From: an uncultured bacterium
GTDB taxonomy: Bacteria > Patescibacteriota > Minisyncoccia > Moranbacterales > UBA2206
Assembly (NCBI GenBank): GCA_903842445.1
Contig: CAIMLT010000003.1
Location: 5,696-69,695, forward strand
DNA length: 64,000 bases
Direction: 5' to 3'
This document shows, in pieces, positions 36,513 through 46,752 of this stretch (position 1 is the first letter of the stretch; each line of letters starts with the position of its first letter). The position numbers and the translations under genes are program-made. The notes beneath the pieces were generated by a model, which saw only the letters and a program-made list of their open reading frames with translations, searched no databases and was not told where the DNA came from.

Positions 36513-36863
36513 TTAAAATTTTAACCCGCCCTCTCTGGCACCATCAGCCAAAGCCTTAACTTTTCCATGATACCTGTATCCTGCTCGATCAAAAACAACT
36601 TGAGTAATTTTTTGCTCAGCACATTTCTTGGCAATAAGCATCCCTACGGCTTTTGCGCCGACCACGTCGTTTCTCGCTTTTACTGCTTTCGTATCTGCCG
36701 CCACAAGCGTCTTACCAAGAACATCATCTATTACCTGAGCTTTTATAGAAAGTAGGCTACGAAAAACATTAAGTCTCGGCATACTAGCTGACCCAGAAAT
36801 TTTGGCACGCACGCGTTTTTTTCGATGTAATCTTAATCTATTTTGGCTAATTTTATTCATCAT
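36513..36863 (-). CDS. rplR: 50S ribosomal protein L18
   Basis: 116 aa, by operon position and sequence. Confidence 0.85.
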   Translation of the reverse strand: MMNKISQNRLRLHRKKRVRAKISGSASMPRLNVFRSLLSIKAQVIDDVLGKTLVAADTKAVKARNDVVGAKAVGMLIAKKCAEQKITQVVFDRAGYRYHGKVKALADGAREGGLKF

Positions 36864-36881
36864 CTTAATAAAAAATATTAC

Positions 36882-37427
36882 TTATTTGGTTGAGCTGGCT
36901 TTCTTTCCAGCTTTTCTTCTCACTTTCTCTCCGGCATAACGAAAACCCTTTCCCTTGTATGGCTCAACTTTTTTGAGATCTTTGATATTAGCTGCAAATT
37001 GTCCAACAGCTTGCTTGTCGATACCGCTTATAAGAAGTCCGTTGTTATCCTCCAATTTTGCTAAAATCCCATCAGGAATTTCCACTTCAACCGGATGAGA
37101 AAATCCAAGAGCCATCACAATTTTTTTACCGGCAATGCTCATGCGAAAACCAACACCTTGAAGTTCCAGCTTCTTCTCATATCCAACACTCACTCCAATA
37201 ATAATATTATTCACGAGTGATCGAGTTAATCCCCAGATCGCATTAGAACCTCCGTCTTCTTTGGATTTTTTGACAACTATGGTTCCTTCAGAAATTTCCA
37301 CTTTTGCTTCCGGATGAATATTTAAATTAAGCTCGCCTTTTGGCCCCTTAGCTTTCAATATATCACCTTCGAGAGTTACCGTTACTCCACTTGGAATGAT
37401 TATTAATTTTTTGCCTATTTTACTCAT
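36882..37427 (-). CDS. rplF: 50S ribosomal protein L6
   Basis: 181 aa with the two-domain L6 pattern. Confidence 0.9.
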   Translation of the reverse strand: MSKIGKKLIIIPSGVTVTLEGDILKAKGPKGELNLNIHPEAKVEISEGTIVVKKSKEDGGSNAIWGLTRSLVNNIIIGVSVGYEKKLELQGVGFRMSIAGKKIVMALGFSHPVEVEIPDGILAKLEDNNGLLISGIDKQAVGQFAANIKDLKKVEPYKGKGFRYAGEKVRRKAGKKASSTK

Positions 37428-37454
37428 AAAATTGATCCGCTTTTTTAATAAAAA

Positions 37455-37859
37455 TTACCAAACTTCACAAATATATTCTCCGCCGAGTCCTGTTTTTTTT
37501 GCGTCATAATCAGTCATCACTCCTCTAGAAGTTGAAATCAGAGCTACCCCGTAATTATTTTTAACACTTCTAACATCCTTACTTTTAACATAAATCCTTT
37601 GCCCTTCCTTGCTGATTCTTCTGATACCTTTTATCGCTGGAATCTTATTTGTATTGGAAATGATATAATATTTCAAAGCGATTTTTATCACATCAAAATT
37701 ATTCTGTTTATCTTTTGCAACAACATCAACGAAACCTTCTTTTTCCAGAATTTTAGCCAAAGCCATTTTCAATTTAGAAGCGCTAATTATAACAGTTTTG
37801 TGTCCTGCCATCTGAGCATTTCTAATTTTGGTTAACATTTCTGAGATTGGATCTAACAT
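37455..37859 (-). CDS. rpsH: 30S ribosomal protein S8
   Basis: 134 aa with the C-terminal GGEYICEVW-type ending. Confidence 0.9.
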   Translation of the reverse strand: MLDPISEMLTKIRNAQMAGHKTVIISASKLKMALAKILEKEGFVDVVAKDKQNNFDVIKIALKYYIISNTNKIPAIKGIRRISKEGQRIYVKSKDVRSVKNNYGVALISTSRGVMTDYDAKKTGLGGEYICEVW

Positions 37860-37929
37860 ACTCTTTAAAATTCAAAATTTAAAATCAATATCAAACTTTC
37901 TAACTATATTATTTAAGCTGACAAAAAAA

Positions 37930-38115
37930 CTACCAACTTGATCTTTTTACACCAGGCAGTTGTCCAGTGCTTGCAAGCTCTCGAAAACAAATTCGGCAAA
38001 TGTCAAACTTGCGCATATATCCATGCTTTCTTCCACACTTCCAGCAACGTCTCACAATTCGAGTGGAAAACTTTGGTTTCTTTTTTGCTCTAACTTCAAC
38101 TGATAATTTGGCCAT
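37930..38115 (-). CDS. rpsZ: 30S ribosomal protein S14 type Z (zinc-binding)
   Basis: 61 aa with [10 protein letters not shown]...CRIC. Confidence 0.9.
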   Translation of the reverse strand: MAKLSVEVRAKKKPKFSTRIVRRCWKCGRKHGYMRKFDICRICFRELASTGQLPGVKRSSW

Positions 38116-38147
38116 TTTGCTCTATTTAATGCTTATTATATTTAAAA

Positions 38148-38696
38148 CTACTTATCCCGCTTTTCAATCGGGAATCCAAGGAGCCGAAATAACATCATTC
38201 CTTTTTCCTGAGTTCTGGCATTTGTTACAATATTCACTTGCATTCCAAACGTTGTCTTAACTTGCTCTGGCGAAATCTCCGGGAAAATAAGGTGCTCTTT
38301 GATTCCAAGATTGAGATTTCCGCTTTTATCCACTGCGCCAACCTTGATTCCATGAAAATCCCTAATACGCGGAATAGACGCACCAACTAATTTTTCCAAA
38401 AAATCCCACTTTCTTTTTCCGCGCAATGTTACCTTAATTCCGATCTCCAATCCTTCTCGCGTCTTAAAGCCCGCAATTGATTGTTTGGCTCTTGTCATCA
38501 CAGGTTTTTGTCCAGAAATGCTTTTAAGTGAATTAAAAATATCAGCAACAAGCGCGGAATCCTTAATGAATTTTCCAATTCCAATGTTTATAACAACTTT
38601 CTCAATTTTTGGCACTTGTAAAACATTGCTCAAATTCAAGCTTTTCTTCATCTCCACAGCAACTTCAGTCTTATATTTTTCGTAAATTGTTGACAT
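38148..38696 (-). CDS. rplE: 50S ribosomal protein L5
   Basis: 182 aa in spc-operon context. Confidence 0.9.
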   Translation of the reverse strand: MSTIYEKYKTEVAVEMKKSLNLSNVLQVPKIEKVVINIGIGKFIKDSALVADIFNSLKSISGQKPVMTRAKQSIAGFKTREGLEIGIKVTLRGKRKWDFLEKLVGASIPRIRDFHGIKVGAVDKSGNLNLGIKEHLIFPEISPEQVKTTFGMQVNIVTNARTQEKGMMLFRLLGFPIEKRDK

Positions 38697-38722
38697 ACTC
38701 GTCTTTTTAATTAACCTCTAAA

Positions 38723-39046
38723 TTAGATCTCCGTCTTGCATTTCTTGCACACTCGAATTTTTTTCTCACCTTCATTTTTATATCCGATTCTGGCTGACTT
38801 TCCACATTTAGGACAAACCACCATAACATTAGAAATATCAATCTTTCTCGGAATTTCCACCCGTTGTCCTTTTTCACCTTCTTTTTTTGGTTTATTGTGT
38901 TTTTTGAGCAGATTAAGACCTTCTATGACAACTTTCTTCTCAGTCGGATAAACACGCAAAACCTTTCCAGTTTTCCCGCTATCTTTTCCGGCAAGCATTT
39001 TAACCAAATCGTTTTTCTTAATTTTCATATATTTATAATTGTTCAC
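38723..39046 (-). CDS. rplX: 50S ribosomal protein L24 with a C-terminal zinc-ribbon (CPKC...CKKC)
   Basis: KOW motif LVKMLAGKDSGKTGKV. The C-terminus carries CPKCG and CKKCK where typical L24 has no cysteines. Confidence 0.85.
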   Translation of the reverse strand: MNNYKYMKIKKNDLVKMLAGKDSGKTGKVLRVYPTEKKVVIEGLNLLKKHNKPKKEGEKGQRVEIPRKIDISNVMVVCPKCGKSARIGYKNEGEKKIRVCKKCKTEI

Positions 39047-39064
39047 TCTTATTCAATTTCTTAT

Positions 39065-39430
39065 TTACAAAACTTCCGGAGCAAGAGAGGCAATCTTGGC
39101 ATAGCCACGATCGCGAATCTCTCTAGCAATCGGTCCAAAGATTCTGGTTCCCTTTGGCTCCTTAGCTTCAACAATTACAGCAGCGTTTTCATCAAACCGA
39201 ATGTAGGAACCATCTTTTCGACGAAATTCTTTTCTTTGACGAACAATTACAGCTCTCACCTTATCCCCTTTCTTCACCATTCCTCTCGGTTCGGCTGATT
39301 TCACGCTCGCAACAATAACATCTCCAATACGAGCAAAGCGTCTCTTACTTCCACCAAGCACCTTGAAGCATTTAATGACTTTTGCACCACTGTTGTCAGC
39401 TACATTTAATTTTGATTCTGCCTGTATCAT
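39065..39430 (-). CDS. rplN: 50S ribosomal protein L14
   Basis: 121 aa starting [17 protein letters not shown]. Confidence 0.9.
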   Translation of the reverse strand: MIQAESKLNVADNSGAKVIKCFKVLGGSKRRFARIGDVIVASVKSAEPRGMVKKGDKVRAVIVRQRKEFRRKDGSYIRFDENAAVIVEAKEPKGTRIFGPIAREIRDRGYAKIASLAPEVL

Positions 39431-39434
39431 ATAT

Positions 39435-39686
39435 TTAAGCTACTCGATAATTTTTATCCTTACTCATTGGTTTGCAGGGAATTATTTCAACGATATCGCC
39501 GATCTTATATTTGTTTTCTTCATCATGCGCCTTATATTTTTTAGTTGAGCGATATTTTTTTTTGTATTTTGGATGAGTCTTAAGCGTTTCCACCGCAATC
39601 ACAATTGTCTTATCCATTTTATCGGAAATAACAACCCCCTTTTTGCGAGTAATGATCTTATTTTTCTCCACTTGTTGGCTATCCAT
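39435..39686 (-). CDS. rpsQ: 30S ribosomal protein S17
   Basis: 83 aa in operon context. Confidence 0.85.
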   Translation of the reverse strand: MDSQQVEKNKIITRKKGVVISDKMDKTIVIAVETLKTHPKYKKKYRSTKKYKAHDEENKYKIGDIVEIIPCKPMSKDKNYRVA

Positions 39687-39696
39687 AAAATTATCT

Positions 39697-39924
39697 TTAA
39701 GCTTGATTTAAACTCTCTTTTCGAATTAGCGTCATTATTCTTGCAATGTCGCGTTTTTCTCCTCTGATTTGTCTTGTCCCTTTAACTTGCTTGGTTGCCA
39801 ATTCAAATCTAAATTTGCGAACATTTTCTTCTTTTTCAGCAAGAAGCTTCTTGAGCTCAATGGTATTCTTTTCTTTCAATTCCTTAATTTTCATAACAAT
39901 TTTCTTATTCTTCTTTAGTAACAA
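39697..39924 (-). CDS. rpmC: 50S ribosomal protein L29
   Basis: 75-aa helical protein sitting between rplP and rpsQ. Confidence 0.8.
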   Translation of the reverse strand: MLLKKNKKIVMKIKELKEKNTIELKKLLAEKEENVRKFRFELATKQVKGTRQIRGEKRDIARIMTLIRKESLNQA

Positions 39925-40318
39925 ATTTAGTTTTCAAATTCAATTTATGAGCAGCTAGCCTCATCGCCTCTTTGGCAATTTCTATCTTTACTCCATCCAT
40001 CTCGAACATAACTGTTCCGGGCTTTACTACTGCAACAAAATGGTCAACCGCTCCTTTACCTTTACCCATCGGAGTTTCATCACCTTTTTTAGTCATCGGC
40101 TTATCAGGAAAAATTCTAATCCAAATCTTGCCTCCTCTTTGCACATATCTGGTCATCGCACGACGAGCAGCTTCAATTTGACGAGAAGAAACAAGACTAG
40201 CACTAACAGCCTTCAAGCCAAAACTGCCAAAACTGATTGAGTTTCCTCTCATTGCATTACCACGAATTGCTCCGCCTCTCTGCACCTTTCTATGTTTTAC
40301 TTTCTTTGGCATCAACAT
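39905..40318 (-). CDS. rplP: 50S ribosomal protein L16
   Basis: 137 aa starting [11 protein letters not shown]. Confidence 0.9.
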   Translation of the reverse strand: MLMPKKVKHRKVQRGGAIRGNAMRGNSISFGSFGLKAVSASLVSSRQIEAARRAMTRYVQRGGKIWIRIFPDKPMTKKGDETPMGKGKGAVDHFVAVVKPGTVMFEMDGVKIEIAKEAMRLAAHKLNLKTKFVTKEE

Positions 40319-40332
40319 ACGCTTTTTCTAAT

Positions 40333-40992
40333 TTAATTCGTTTTTTTAGTATCAAAAACCTCTCCCTTATACAACCACGCCTTGACTCCAATTGCTCCAT
40401 AAGTTGTGAACGCTGTCGCTCTGGCAAAATCAATATTAGCGCGCAATGTATGTAGCGGCAATGTTCCTTTTGACAACCATTCTCTGCGAGACATTTCTGC
40501 GCCACCCAATCTTCCGGACATCTCAATTTTCACGCCTTTGATTAAACTGTTTTTCATCGCTTGCTCCAGCATCATTTTCATAGCTCTCCGAAAGGGAATT
40601 CTTTTCTCTAATTGTTCAGCCACATTTTGAGCCACAATCATCGCGCTTTCTTCAAAATTTTTAATTTCTTGAATTTCAATTCGCAGATCCGCTTTTCTAT
40701 TACTTTTAAAAAAAGTATTTTGAATATAATGCTTGATATCTTCCACTCCGCTACCACCTCGTCCAATAAGAACTCCCGGGCGAGCAGTTTTTATGATAAT
40801 TTTTACAGCTGCCTGCGATCTTTCAATTTCGACTTCGGAGATAAAAGCAGTCTTCCATTTCTTCATCACATCCAAACGAATCTCAATATCTTGCTTGAGG
40901 TTTTTATTATAATCTTTTTTGCTAAACCATTTAGATTTCCAATCTTGGGTAATCCCTAGACGTAATCCAACTGGATTGACTTTATGTCCCAT
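40333..40992 (-). CDS. rpsC: 30S ribosomal protein S3
   Basis: 219 aa with the KH domain and S3 C-terminal domain. Confidence 0.9.
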   Translation of the reverse strand: MGHKVNPVGLRLGITQDWKSKWFSKKDYNKNLKQDIEIRLDVMKKWKTAFISEVEIERSQAAVKIIIKTARPGVLIGRGGSGVEDIKHYIQNTFFKSNRKADLRIEIQEIKNFEESAMIVAQNVAEQLEKRIPFRRAMKMMLEQAMKNSLIKGVKIEMSGRLGGAEMSRREWLSKGTLPLHTLRANIDFARATAFTTYGAIGVKAWLYKGEVFDTKKTN

Positions 40993-41014
40993 AAATATTT
41001 ACGATTAATATAAT

Positions 41015-41590
41015 TTACATCGACTTCCTTCTGAATATCTTATTTTTCCAACTCTTTGGTTCTTCAGCAGTTTTCTTAGTCTTATCAGTGCTCTTTGTTT
41101 TAGTTTCGGATACTTTATCTGTCTTAGCCTCCTTAGCTTCATCTTTCTTCTCGTCTTTTCTTCTTTCTTCTTCTTTTTTTAATTCTTGAGTAGCTTTTTT
41201 AATTCTCTCTGCTTTTTCTTTTTCCATCTGCTCTTTGCTTTTACGATCTTTTCCCTCAACTCTTTCTTCTAAAATAATTCTAACTTTTGAAGTTCGCTTA
41301 AGGATTTGCCCGGCCCGTCCATAAGCTTTCGGCATCCATCTTTTCAAAGTTGGGCCTGCACCCACAACAGCCTCCAAAACATACAAATTATTCTTAGAAA
41401 GCCCAAAATTATTTTCCGCATTTGCAATCGCGCTAAGTAAAAGTTTTTGCATATAACCACTAGTCTTTTTGATTGCCACATCAAGTTGGGCAACCGCCTC
41501 CACTGCGTCCATATCCTTAATCAAATCAGCAACCAATTTTACTTTTCGCGGAGAGATTCTTAAATTGTTTAATTCTGCTATAACTTTCAT
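41015..41590 (-). CDS. rplV: 50S ribosomal protein L22 with a K/E-rich C-terminal extension of about 80 aa
   Basis: N-terminal L22 core followed by a long charged low-complexity tail. Confidence 0.85.
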   Translation of the reverse strand: MKVIAELNNLRISPRKVKLVADLIKDMDAVEAVAQLDVAIKKTSGYMQKLLLSAIANAENNFGLSKNNLYVLEAVVGAGPTLKRWMPKAYGRAGQILKRTSKVRIILEERVEGKDRKSKEQMEKEKAERIKKATQELKKEEERRKDEKKDEAKEAKTDKVSETKTKSTDKTKKTAEEPKSWKNKIFRRKSM

Positions 41591-41602
41591 GTGATTTCTC
41601 TA

Positions 41603-41947
41603 TTATTTCTTCTTAGTCGTATCTGAGGCCTTAGCCGCCTTTGATGCATCCGCTTCTTTTTGCTTTGCGGCTGTTTCCATCTCCTTTTGCATCTTACCTC
41701 CATGTCGCGTAAACTTACGTGTCGGAGAAAATTCACCCAATCTATGTCCAACCATTTCTTCAGTTGGAGTAACGGAAATAAATATCTTTCCATTATAGAC
41801 ACCGAAAGTAAAACCAACCATTTCCGGAGAAATAACTGCAGCTCGAATCCAGGTTTTGATAACGCTTCTGTCTCCCGGTTTCTTATCCAGCACTTTTTTG
41901 ATTAATCTTTCGTCCACATACGGACCCTTTTTCAGACTTCGTGTCAT
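41603..41947 (-). CDS. rpsS: 30S ribosomal protein S19 (with a C-terminal tail)
   Basis: [12 protein letters not shown] start. Confidence 0.9.
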   Translation of the reverse strand: MTRSLKKGPYVDERLIKKVLDKKPGDRSVIKTWIRAAVISPEMVGFTFGVYNGKIFISVTPTEEMVGHRLGEFSPTRKFTRHGGKMQKEMETAAKQKEADASKAAKASDTTKKK

Positions 41948-41950
41948 ATG

Positions 41951-42784
41951 TTATTTCCGCTTAACTCTTCTTTTAATTATAAACTTATTGCTATATTTCT
42001 TCTTTTTTCGAGTCTTCTTGCCAAGAGCCGGTTTTCCCCAAGGAGTTTTCGGATGCTTAAGTCCGATTCCTTGACGTCCTTCACCTCCTCCGTGTGGATG
42101 ATCAACTGGATTCATTGCAGATCCACGAACAGCTGGACGAATATTAAGCCAACGACTCTTACCTGCTTTTCCGAGATTTATTGAATTACTTTCAAAATTG
42201 CTTGCTTGTCCAATAGTGGCGTAACATTCATTGCTCACAAGCCTGATTTCACCAGAAGGTAACTTTATTTGTGCTGTTTTTTCATCCACGGCAGTTAAGC
42301 TGGCCGAGTTTCCAGCGCTTCTGACGATTTGTCCTCCACGACCGGGAAATAATTCTAAATTACAAATAGTTGTTCCCACTGGAATATTTTTAACCTTCGC
42401 GCGATTACCAAGCTTAACCGGAGCATTTTCGGCAGACATTACTTCTTGACCAGCTCGCATTCCTTCAGTCGCAAGAATATAGCGCTTCTCTCCATCGGCA
42501 TAATTTATAAGTGCAATAAAAGCTTTTCTGTTTGGATCTTTTTCAATCGCAACTACCCGTCCTGGAATTCCAAATTTATCTTGCAAAAAATCCACGATAC
42601 GATATCTTTGTTTATTACCGCCTCCCTGATGTCTCACCGATATTTTTCCATGCGATCGTCCAGCCAACTTTCCTTGCTTGGATAAAAGTTTTTTTTCCGG
42701 TTTTTTAGTTGAAATATAATCAACCTTAACAACCGACATATTTCGACGTCCAGCAGTATTTTTTTTGTAGATCTTGATTGCCAT
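41951..42784 (-). CDS. rplB: 50S ribosomal protein L2
   Basis: 277 aa with the C-terminal HPHGGGEG motif. Confidence 0.9.
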   Translation of the reverse strand: MAIKIYKKNTAGRRNMSVVKVDYISTKKPEKKLLSKQGKLAGRSHGKISVRHQGGGNKQRYRIVDFLQDKFGIPGRVVAIEKDPNRKAFIALINYADGEKRYILATEGMRAGQEVMSAENAPVKLGNRAKVKNIPVGTTICNLELFPGRGGQIVRSAGNSASLTAVDEKTAQIKLPSGEIRLVSNECYATIGQASNFESNSINLGKAGKSRWLNIRPAVRGSAMNPVDHPHGGGEGRQGIGLKHPKTPWGKPALGKKTRKKKKYSNKFIIKRRVKRK

Positions 42785-42803
42785 ATAACAAGTTTAGACT
42801 AAA

Positions 42804-43118
42804 TTATTTCCCTTCAAAAACATCGATCTTATTTCCCTCCTTCAGGGTTACTATCGCTTTTCGATAACCAGGTTTCCAACCAGGAATTCTGCCTCGACTG
42901 CGAAATTTTTTAGGAATACTGACTGTATTAACCTTTTCCACTTTAACTTTATAAATCTTCTCGATTGCCATTTTAACTTGCAACTTAGTCGCGATAGAAG
43001 ATATTTTGAAGATATATTTATTCTGCTCAATCAGAACAGTCGCCGCTTCAGTTACAATCGGCTCAACGAGAACTCGTGAGAGAATATTTTCCTTATTTGG
43101 GTTTAAGTTATTTTCCAT
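42804..43118 (-). CDS. rplW: 50S ribosomal protein L23
   Basis: 104 aa in operon position. Confidence 0.8.
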   Translation of the reverse strand: MENNLNPNKENILSRVLVEPIVTEAATVLIEQNKYIFKISSIATKLQVKMAIEKIYKVKVEKVNTVSIPKKFRSRGRIPGWKPGYRKAIVTLKEGNKIDVFEGK

Positions 43119-43789
43119 TATTTTGATTCAGCTTGTTTATACTTGTCTTCTAGAAATACTATAGACTCTTTACTCATAAATAAATTCTTATTCCGTAACA
43201 TATCAAGAACATTGAGTTGTGCTGTAAGAATATTTTCCACCTTAGAAAGATTTCTACTCAATAAGCGCAAGTCTTTTTCCTCGTTAGAAAAAGCCAACAA
43301 AGTTTTGCCCCTAACCTTAAAGCTCCGAAACATCGCAGCCACTTGCTTGGTTTTCTTTTCTGTAAAATTAAGCTTATCAATCACAAATATTTCCTTGTCT
43401 TTGAGTTTACCACTCAGAACAGTTGCAATCGCTTTTTGGTTCATCTTTTTATTGATCTTTTGCTTGTAGTTTCTGTCATTATTTGGTCCGAAAACAACGC
43501 CTCCTTTTTTCCAAAGCGGAGTTCTTCTTGAACCAACACGAGCTCTACCGGTTCCTTTTTGCTTCCAAGGCTTAATTCCACTTCCAGCCCTTTCTCCTCT
43601 CGTCTTTGTATCTGCCAAAACTTGTCTCTTGTTAGCATCCATTGCTACTACAATCTGATGCACTAAATCATCATTTTTTGGCAAGCCAAAAACGGAATCG
43701 GAAATTTGCATTTCTTCTATTTCTTTTCCTTCCAGATTATAAACCTTAATTTTTGCCATACTTTTTAAATTATAATGCCTTAACCTCAA
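43118..43789 (-). CDS. rplD: 50S ribosomal protein L4
   Basis: 223 aa in operon position. Confidence 0.85.
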   Translation of the reverse strand: MRLRHYNLKSMAKIKVYNLEGKEIEEMQISDSVFGLPKNDDLVHQIVVAMDANKRQVLADTKTRGERAGSGIKPWKQKGTGRARVGSRRTPLWKKGGVVFGPNNDRNYKQKINKKMNQKAIATVLSGKLKDKEIFVIDKLNFTEKKTKQVAAMFRSFKVRGKTLLAFSNEEKDLRLLSRNLSKVENILTAQLNVLDMLRNKNLFMSKESIVFLEDKYKQAESK

Positions 43790-44324
43790 CTATTCCTCCG
43801 GGTATGCCTGGAATCGCTCCCTTAATCCCAAGAATATTTTTTGCAGTATCAATAAAAACAATCTTCAAATTTTTTGTCGTAATTCTATCTCCGCCCATTC
43901 TACCAGCCATTCTTTTTCCTTTCGTAACATGCTCCGGAAATCCGGAACCAATTGAACCGGGAGCGCGAAGGTCATGCTTATGTCCATGTGTTGCACAGCT
44001 CCCAGCAAATCCATGCCTCTTGACTACTCCCTGAAAGCCTTTTGCCTTACTAATTCCACTAACAATTACTTTTTCATTTAACTCAAAAATCGAAACATCA
44101 ACAGCATCATCTTTTTTGAGTTCGCTACCCTCAATACGAAACTCCTTTTTTTTGGATTTATTCTTAGTTTTGGCGATTTCCATCTGAATCGCAGAATATC
44201 CATCCTTTATCTTTTCCTTGACCAGAGAAACTTTTGAAGAACACTCAAGAAGCGTTACATTTAATGCACCTCTTTCGTCATAGATAGTTGTCATTCCAAT
44301 TTTTTTTCCCAAAATAAATTTCAT
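43770..44324 (-). CDS. rplC: 50S ribosomal protein L3
   Basis: 184 aa with MKFILGKKIGMTTIY. Confidence 0.85.
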   Translation of the reverse strand: MKFILGKKIGMTTIYDERGALNVTLLECSSKVSLVKEKIKDGYSAIQMEIAKTKNKSKKKEFRIEGSELKKDDAVDVSIFELNEKVIVSGISKAKGFQGVVKRHGFAGSCATHGHKHDLRAPGSIGSGFPEHVTKGKRMAGRMGGDRITTKNLKIVFIDTAKNILGIKGAIPGIPGGIVEVKAL

Positions 44325-44474
44325 GGCTTTTTTTGCTAATAATCTGCTAAATAAAATAAAAAACGGCCACTACCAGCCGAGACTCTTGCGAGTTAAGAAA
44401 TTTCTTTCTTAGCTAGATCAGTATCCTTGTCGACGCATCTTCAGTCGCTTGGACTTTAACTAGATTCTTTTTAA

Positions 44475-44804
44475 CTACATTTTAATTTCAATATCCACTC
44501 CTGCTGGCAAATCCAGATTTGTCAAACTATCAATCGTTTTTGGTGTCGGACTCATAATATCAATGAGGCGCTTATGAATTCTCATCTCGTATTGATCGCG
44601 CGCATCCTTGTGCACGAATGTGGATTTATTAACCGTAAACTTGCGAATTTCAGTAGGCAATGGAACTGGCCCAACAATGCTAGCCCCCGATCTTTCAGCT
44701 GTTTCCACAATTTGACGGGCTGACTGATCAATAATTTTATGATCATAAGCCTTAATCTTAATCCTAATTCTTGTTTTTACCTCTTCTTCGTTCTTTGACA
44801 TCAA
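44475..44804 (-). CDS. rpsJ: 30S ribosomal protein S10
   Basis: 109 aa with [17 protein letters not shown]. Confidence 0.9.
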   Translation of the reverse strand: MMSKNEEEVKTRIRIKIKAYDHKIIDQSARQIVETAERSGASIVGPVPLPTEIRKFTVNKSTFVHKDARDQYEMRIHKRLIDIMSPTPKTIDSLTNLDLPAGVDIEIKM

Positions 44805-44957
44805 TTTATTCGAATTTTTAAATAATTTCCTCTATAATCCAGCGCTACTACTTACAATAAAACAGCTTAGCACAAAACATTTTAACCGTCAAATTTTATG
44901 CAATTTCTTTTTTATTTAAGATAGCGCTAGACAAAGAAAAAACTTGTCTTAAAAAAA

Positions 44958-46151
44958 CTACTTGATAATCTTAGTTGCGACACCCGCACCAACTGTGCGT
45001 CCACCTTCACGAATTGCAAAGCGCATTCCTTCTTCCATCGCTACTGGGGCACCCAAAACAACCTTGAAGCTGATTGTATCTCCAGGCATCACCATTTCAG
45101 TTCCCTCAGGAAGCATGACTTCTCCGGTAACATCGGTTGTTCTAACATAGAATTGCGGTTTATAGCCTTTAAAAAATGGCGTGTGTCGACCACCTTCTTC
45201 TTTTGTGAGAATATACACCTCACATTCAAATTCAGTATGAGGAGTGATTGAGCCAGGTTTCGCTAAAACTTGACCTCTTTCTACATCTTCTTTTTTGATT
45301 CCGCGGATGAGAAGACCGGCATTGTCTCCACTTTCTCCTCTATCAAGAGTTTTGTTAAACATTTCAATTCCAGTTACTACTGTTTTTTGAGTTGGACGAA
45401 GACCAACGATTTCAACTTCTTCATTAATATTAATCACACCTCTCTCAATCCTACCAGTCACCACCGTTCCGCGACCTTCAATTGTGAAGATATCTTCAAT
45501 TGGCAACAAGAATGGCTTGTCAACTTCGCGAACCGGATCAGGAATTTTTGCATCAAGAGCAGCAATTAGATCAATAATTGGTTTTACTGCCTCATCTTCG
45601 ATTGATTTTGATTCTAAGCCCTTTAATGCTGAGCCTCTGATGATTTTTGCGTTTTCACCATCAAACTCATACTTAGTCAAAAGTTCGCGAACTTCTGCCT
45701 CAACGAGATCAATCAACTCGGGATCGTCCACCATATCAACCTTGTTAAGAAAAACAACAATCTCTGGCACATTAACATATTTTGCCAACAGAATGTGTTC
45801 GCGTGTTTGAGGCATAGGCCCATCAGTCGCAGCTACAACCAAAATAGCTCCGTCCATTTGAGCAGCACCAGTAATCATATTTTTAATATAATCGGCATGC
45901 CCCGGACAATCCACGTGAGCATAATGTCTTTTTTCAGATTCATATTCACAGTGAGCGGTAGCAATAGTTATTCCACGCTCTCTCTCTTCTGGAGCTTTAT
46001 CAATTTCGTCAATACCTTTTTCCTTGGCTTGCCCAAGAAAACTGAGCACATGAAGAATTGCAGCCGTTAATGTTGTTTTTCCATGGTCAACATGACCAAT
46101 GGTTCCGACATTAACATGAGGCTTAGTTCTTGTAAATTTTTCTGCTGCCAT
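44958..46151 (-). CDS. tuf: elongation factor Tu
   Basis: 397 aa with [18 protein letters not shown] and NKVD. Confidence 0.95.
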   Translation of the reverse strand: MAAEKFTRTKPHVNVGTIGHVDHGKTTLTAAILHVLSFLGQAKEKGIDEIDKAPEERERGITIATAHCEYESEKRHYAHVDCPGHADYIKNMITGAAQMDGAILVVAATDGPMPQTREHILLAKYVNVPEIVVFLNKVDMVDDPELIDLVEAEVRELLTKYEFDGENAKIIRGSALKGLESKSIEDEAVKPIIDLIAALDAKIPDPVREVDKPFLLPIEDIFTIEGRGTVVTGRIERGVININEEVEIVGLRPTQKTVVTGIEMFNKTLDRGESGDNAGLLIRGIKKEDVERGQVLAKPGSITPHTEFECEVYILTKEEGGRHTPFFKGYKPQFYVRTTDVTGEVMLPEGTEMVMPGDTISFKVVLGAPVAMEEGMRFAIREGGRTVGAGVATKIIK

Positions 46152-46333
46152 ATGTTTTACAACTCATACGCCAGATGTTTTGAGACTTCTTCTTTTGGAA
46201 AAAAAATTAATCCCGCAACAACTTTGCGATTTTTTGTTATTATTAAACTTAATTAGATTTTAACACAAATACTACTTTACCCTAAAAAAATATTCTTAGC
46301 AAATAAAAATTGTGCCCATACTGTGGATAACCT

Positions 46334-46618
46334 CTACATCAAAGGCATACTTTCATAATGCACTTCGTCATTTTTAATCTCACCCAAAGTCTCAAGTTCA
46401 ATCTCAGCTAACTTGTCTTCTTCTTGAGAAAACTTCCAACTAACTATATCATTATTTATCTTATCAACCAATTCTTGCTTTGTCAAACCGGAAACTCCCT
46501 CTTGTTTAATCTTGCGAAATTCGCGGAGTGTGAGAAGAATATAGTGCTCATCCTGATCATTAATGACTGCCCTTCCGCCTAAGAGCTCCAAAGCTTCTTT
46601 GAGTTTCTTGTCTAGCAT
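46334..46618 (-). CDS. hypothetical small protein between fusA and tuf
   Basis: 94-aa ORF with no recognisable motif. It fills the intergenic space, and a possible hairpin plus T-run lies downstream on the minus strand at about 46225-46255. Confidence 0.3.
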   Translation of the reverse strand: MLDKKLKEALELLGGRAVINDQDEHYILLTLREFRKIKQEGVSGLTKQELVDKINNDIVSWKFSQEEDKLAEIELETLGEIKNDEVHYESMPLM

Positions 46619-46752
46619 AAAAAGTCAACTACTTTATTATTTCAACATTAAAATCTTACCGCAGATATTATTTTATGTCAATAGCTTTTTAATTTCAAAA
46701 CAACCCCGAGAAAATCCCAAGGTTGCTTTTGAAGGTCTAAAAAAGTCTTATC

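Noticed and set aside
41587-41817. 76-aa ORF overlapping rpsS in another frame, and similar antisense ORFs inside tuf, fusA, rpoC, etc.
   Set aside because: They are fully nested in well-supported conserved genes. This is the typical AT-rich antisense ORF noise.
44921-44957. Hairpin agacaa...ttgtct downstream of the tuf stop
   Set aside because: The T-run precedes rather than follows the stem on the coding strand, so it is not a convincing intrinsic terminator.
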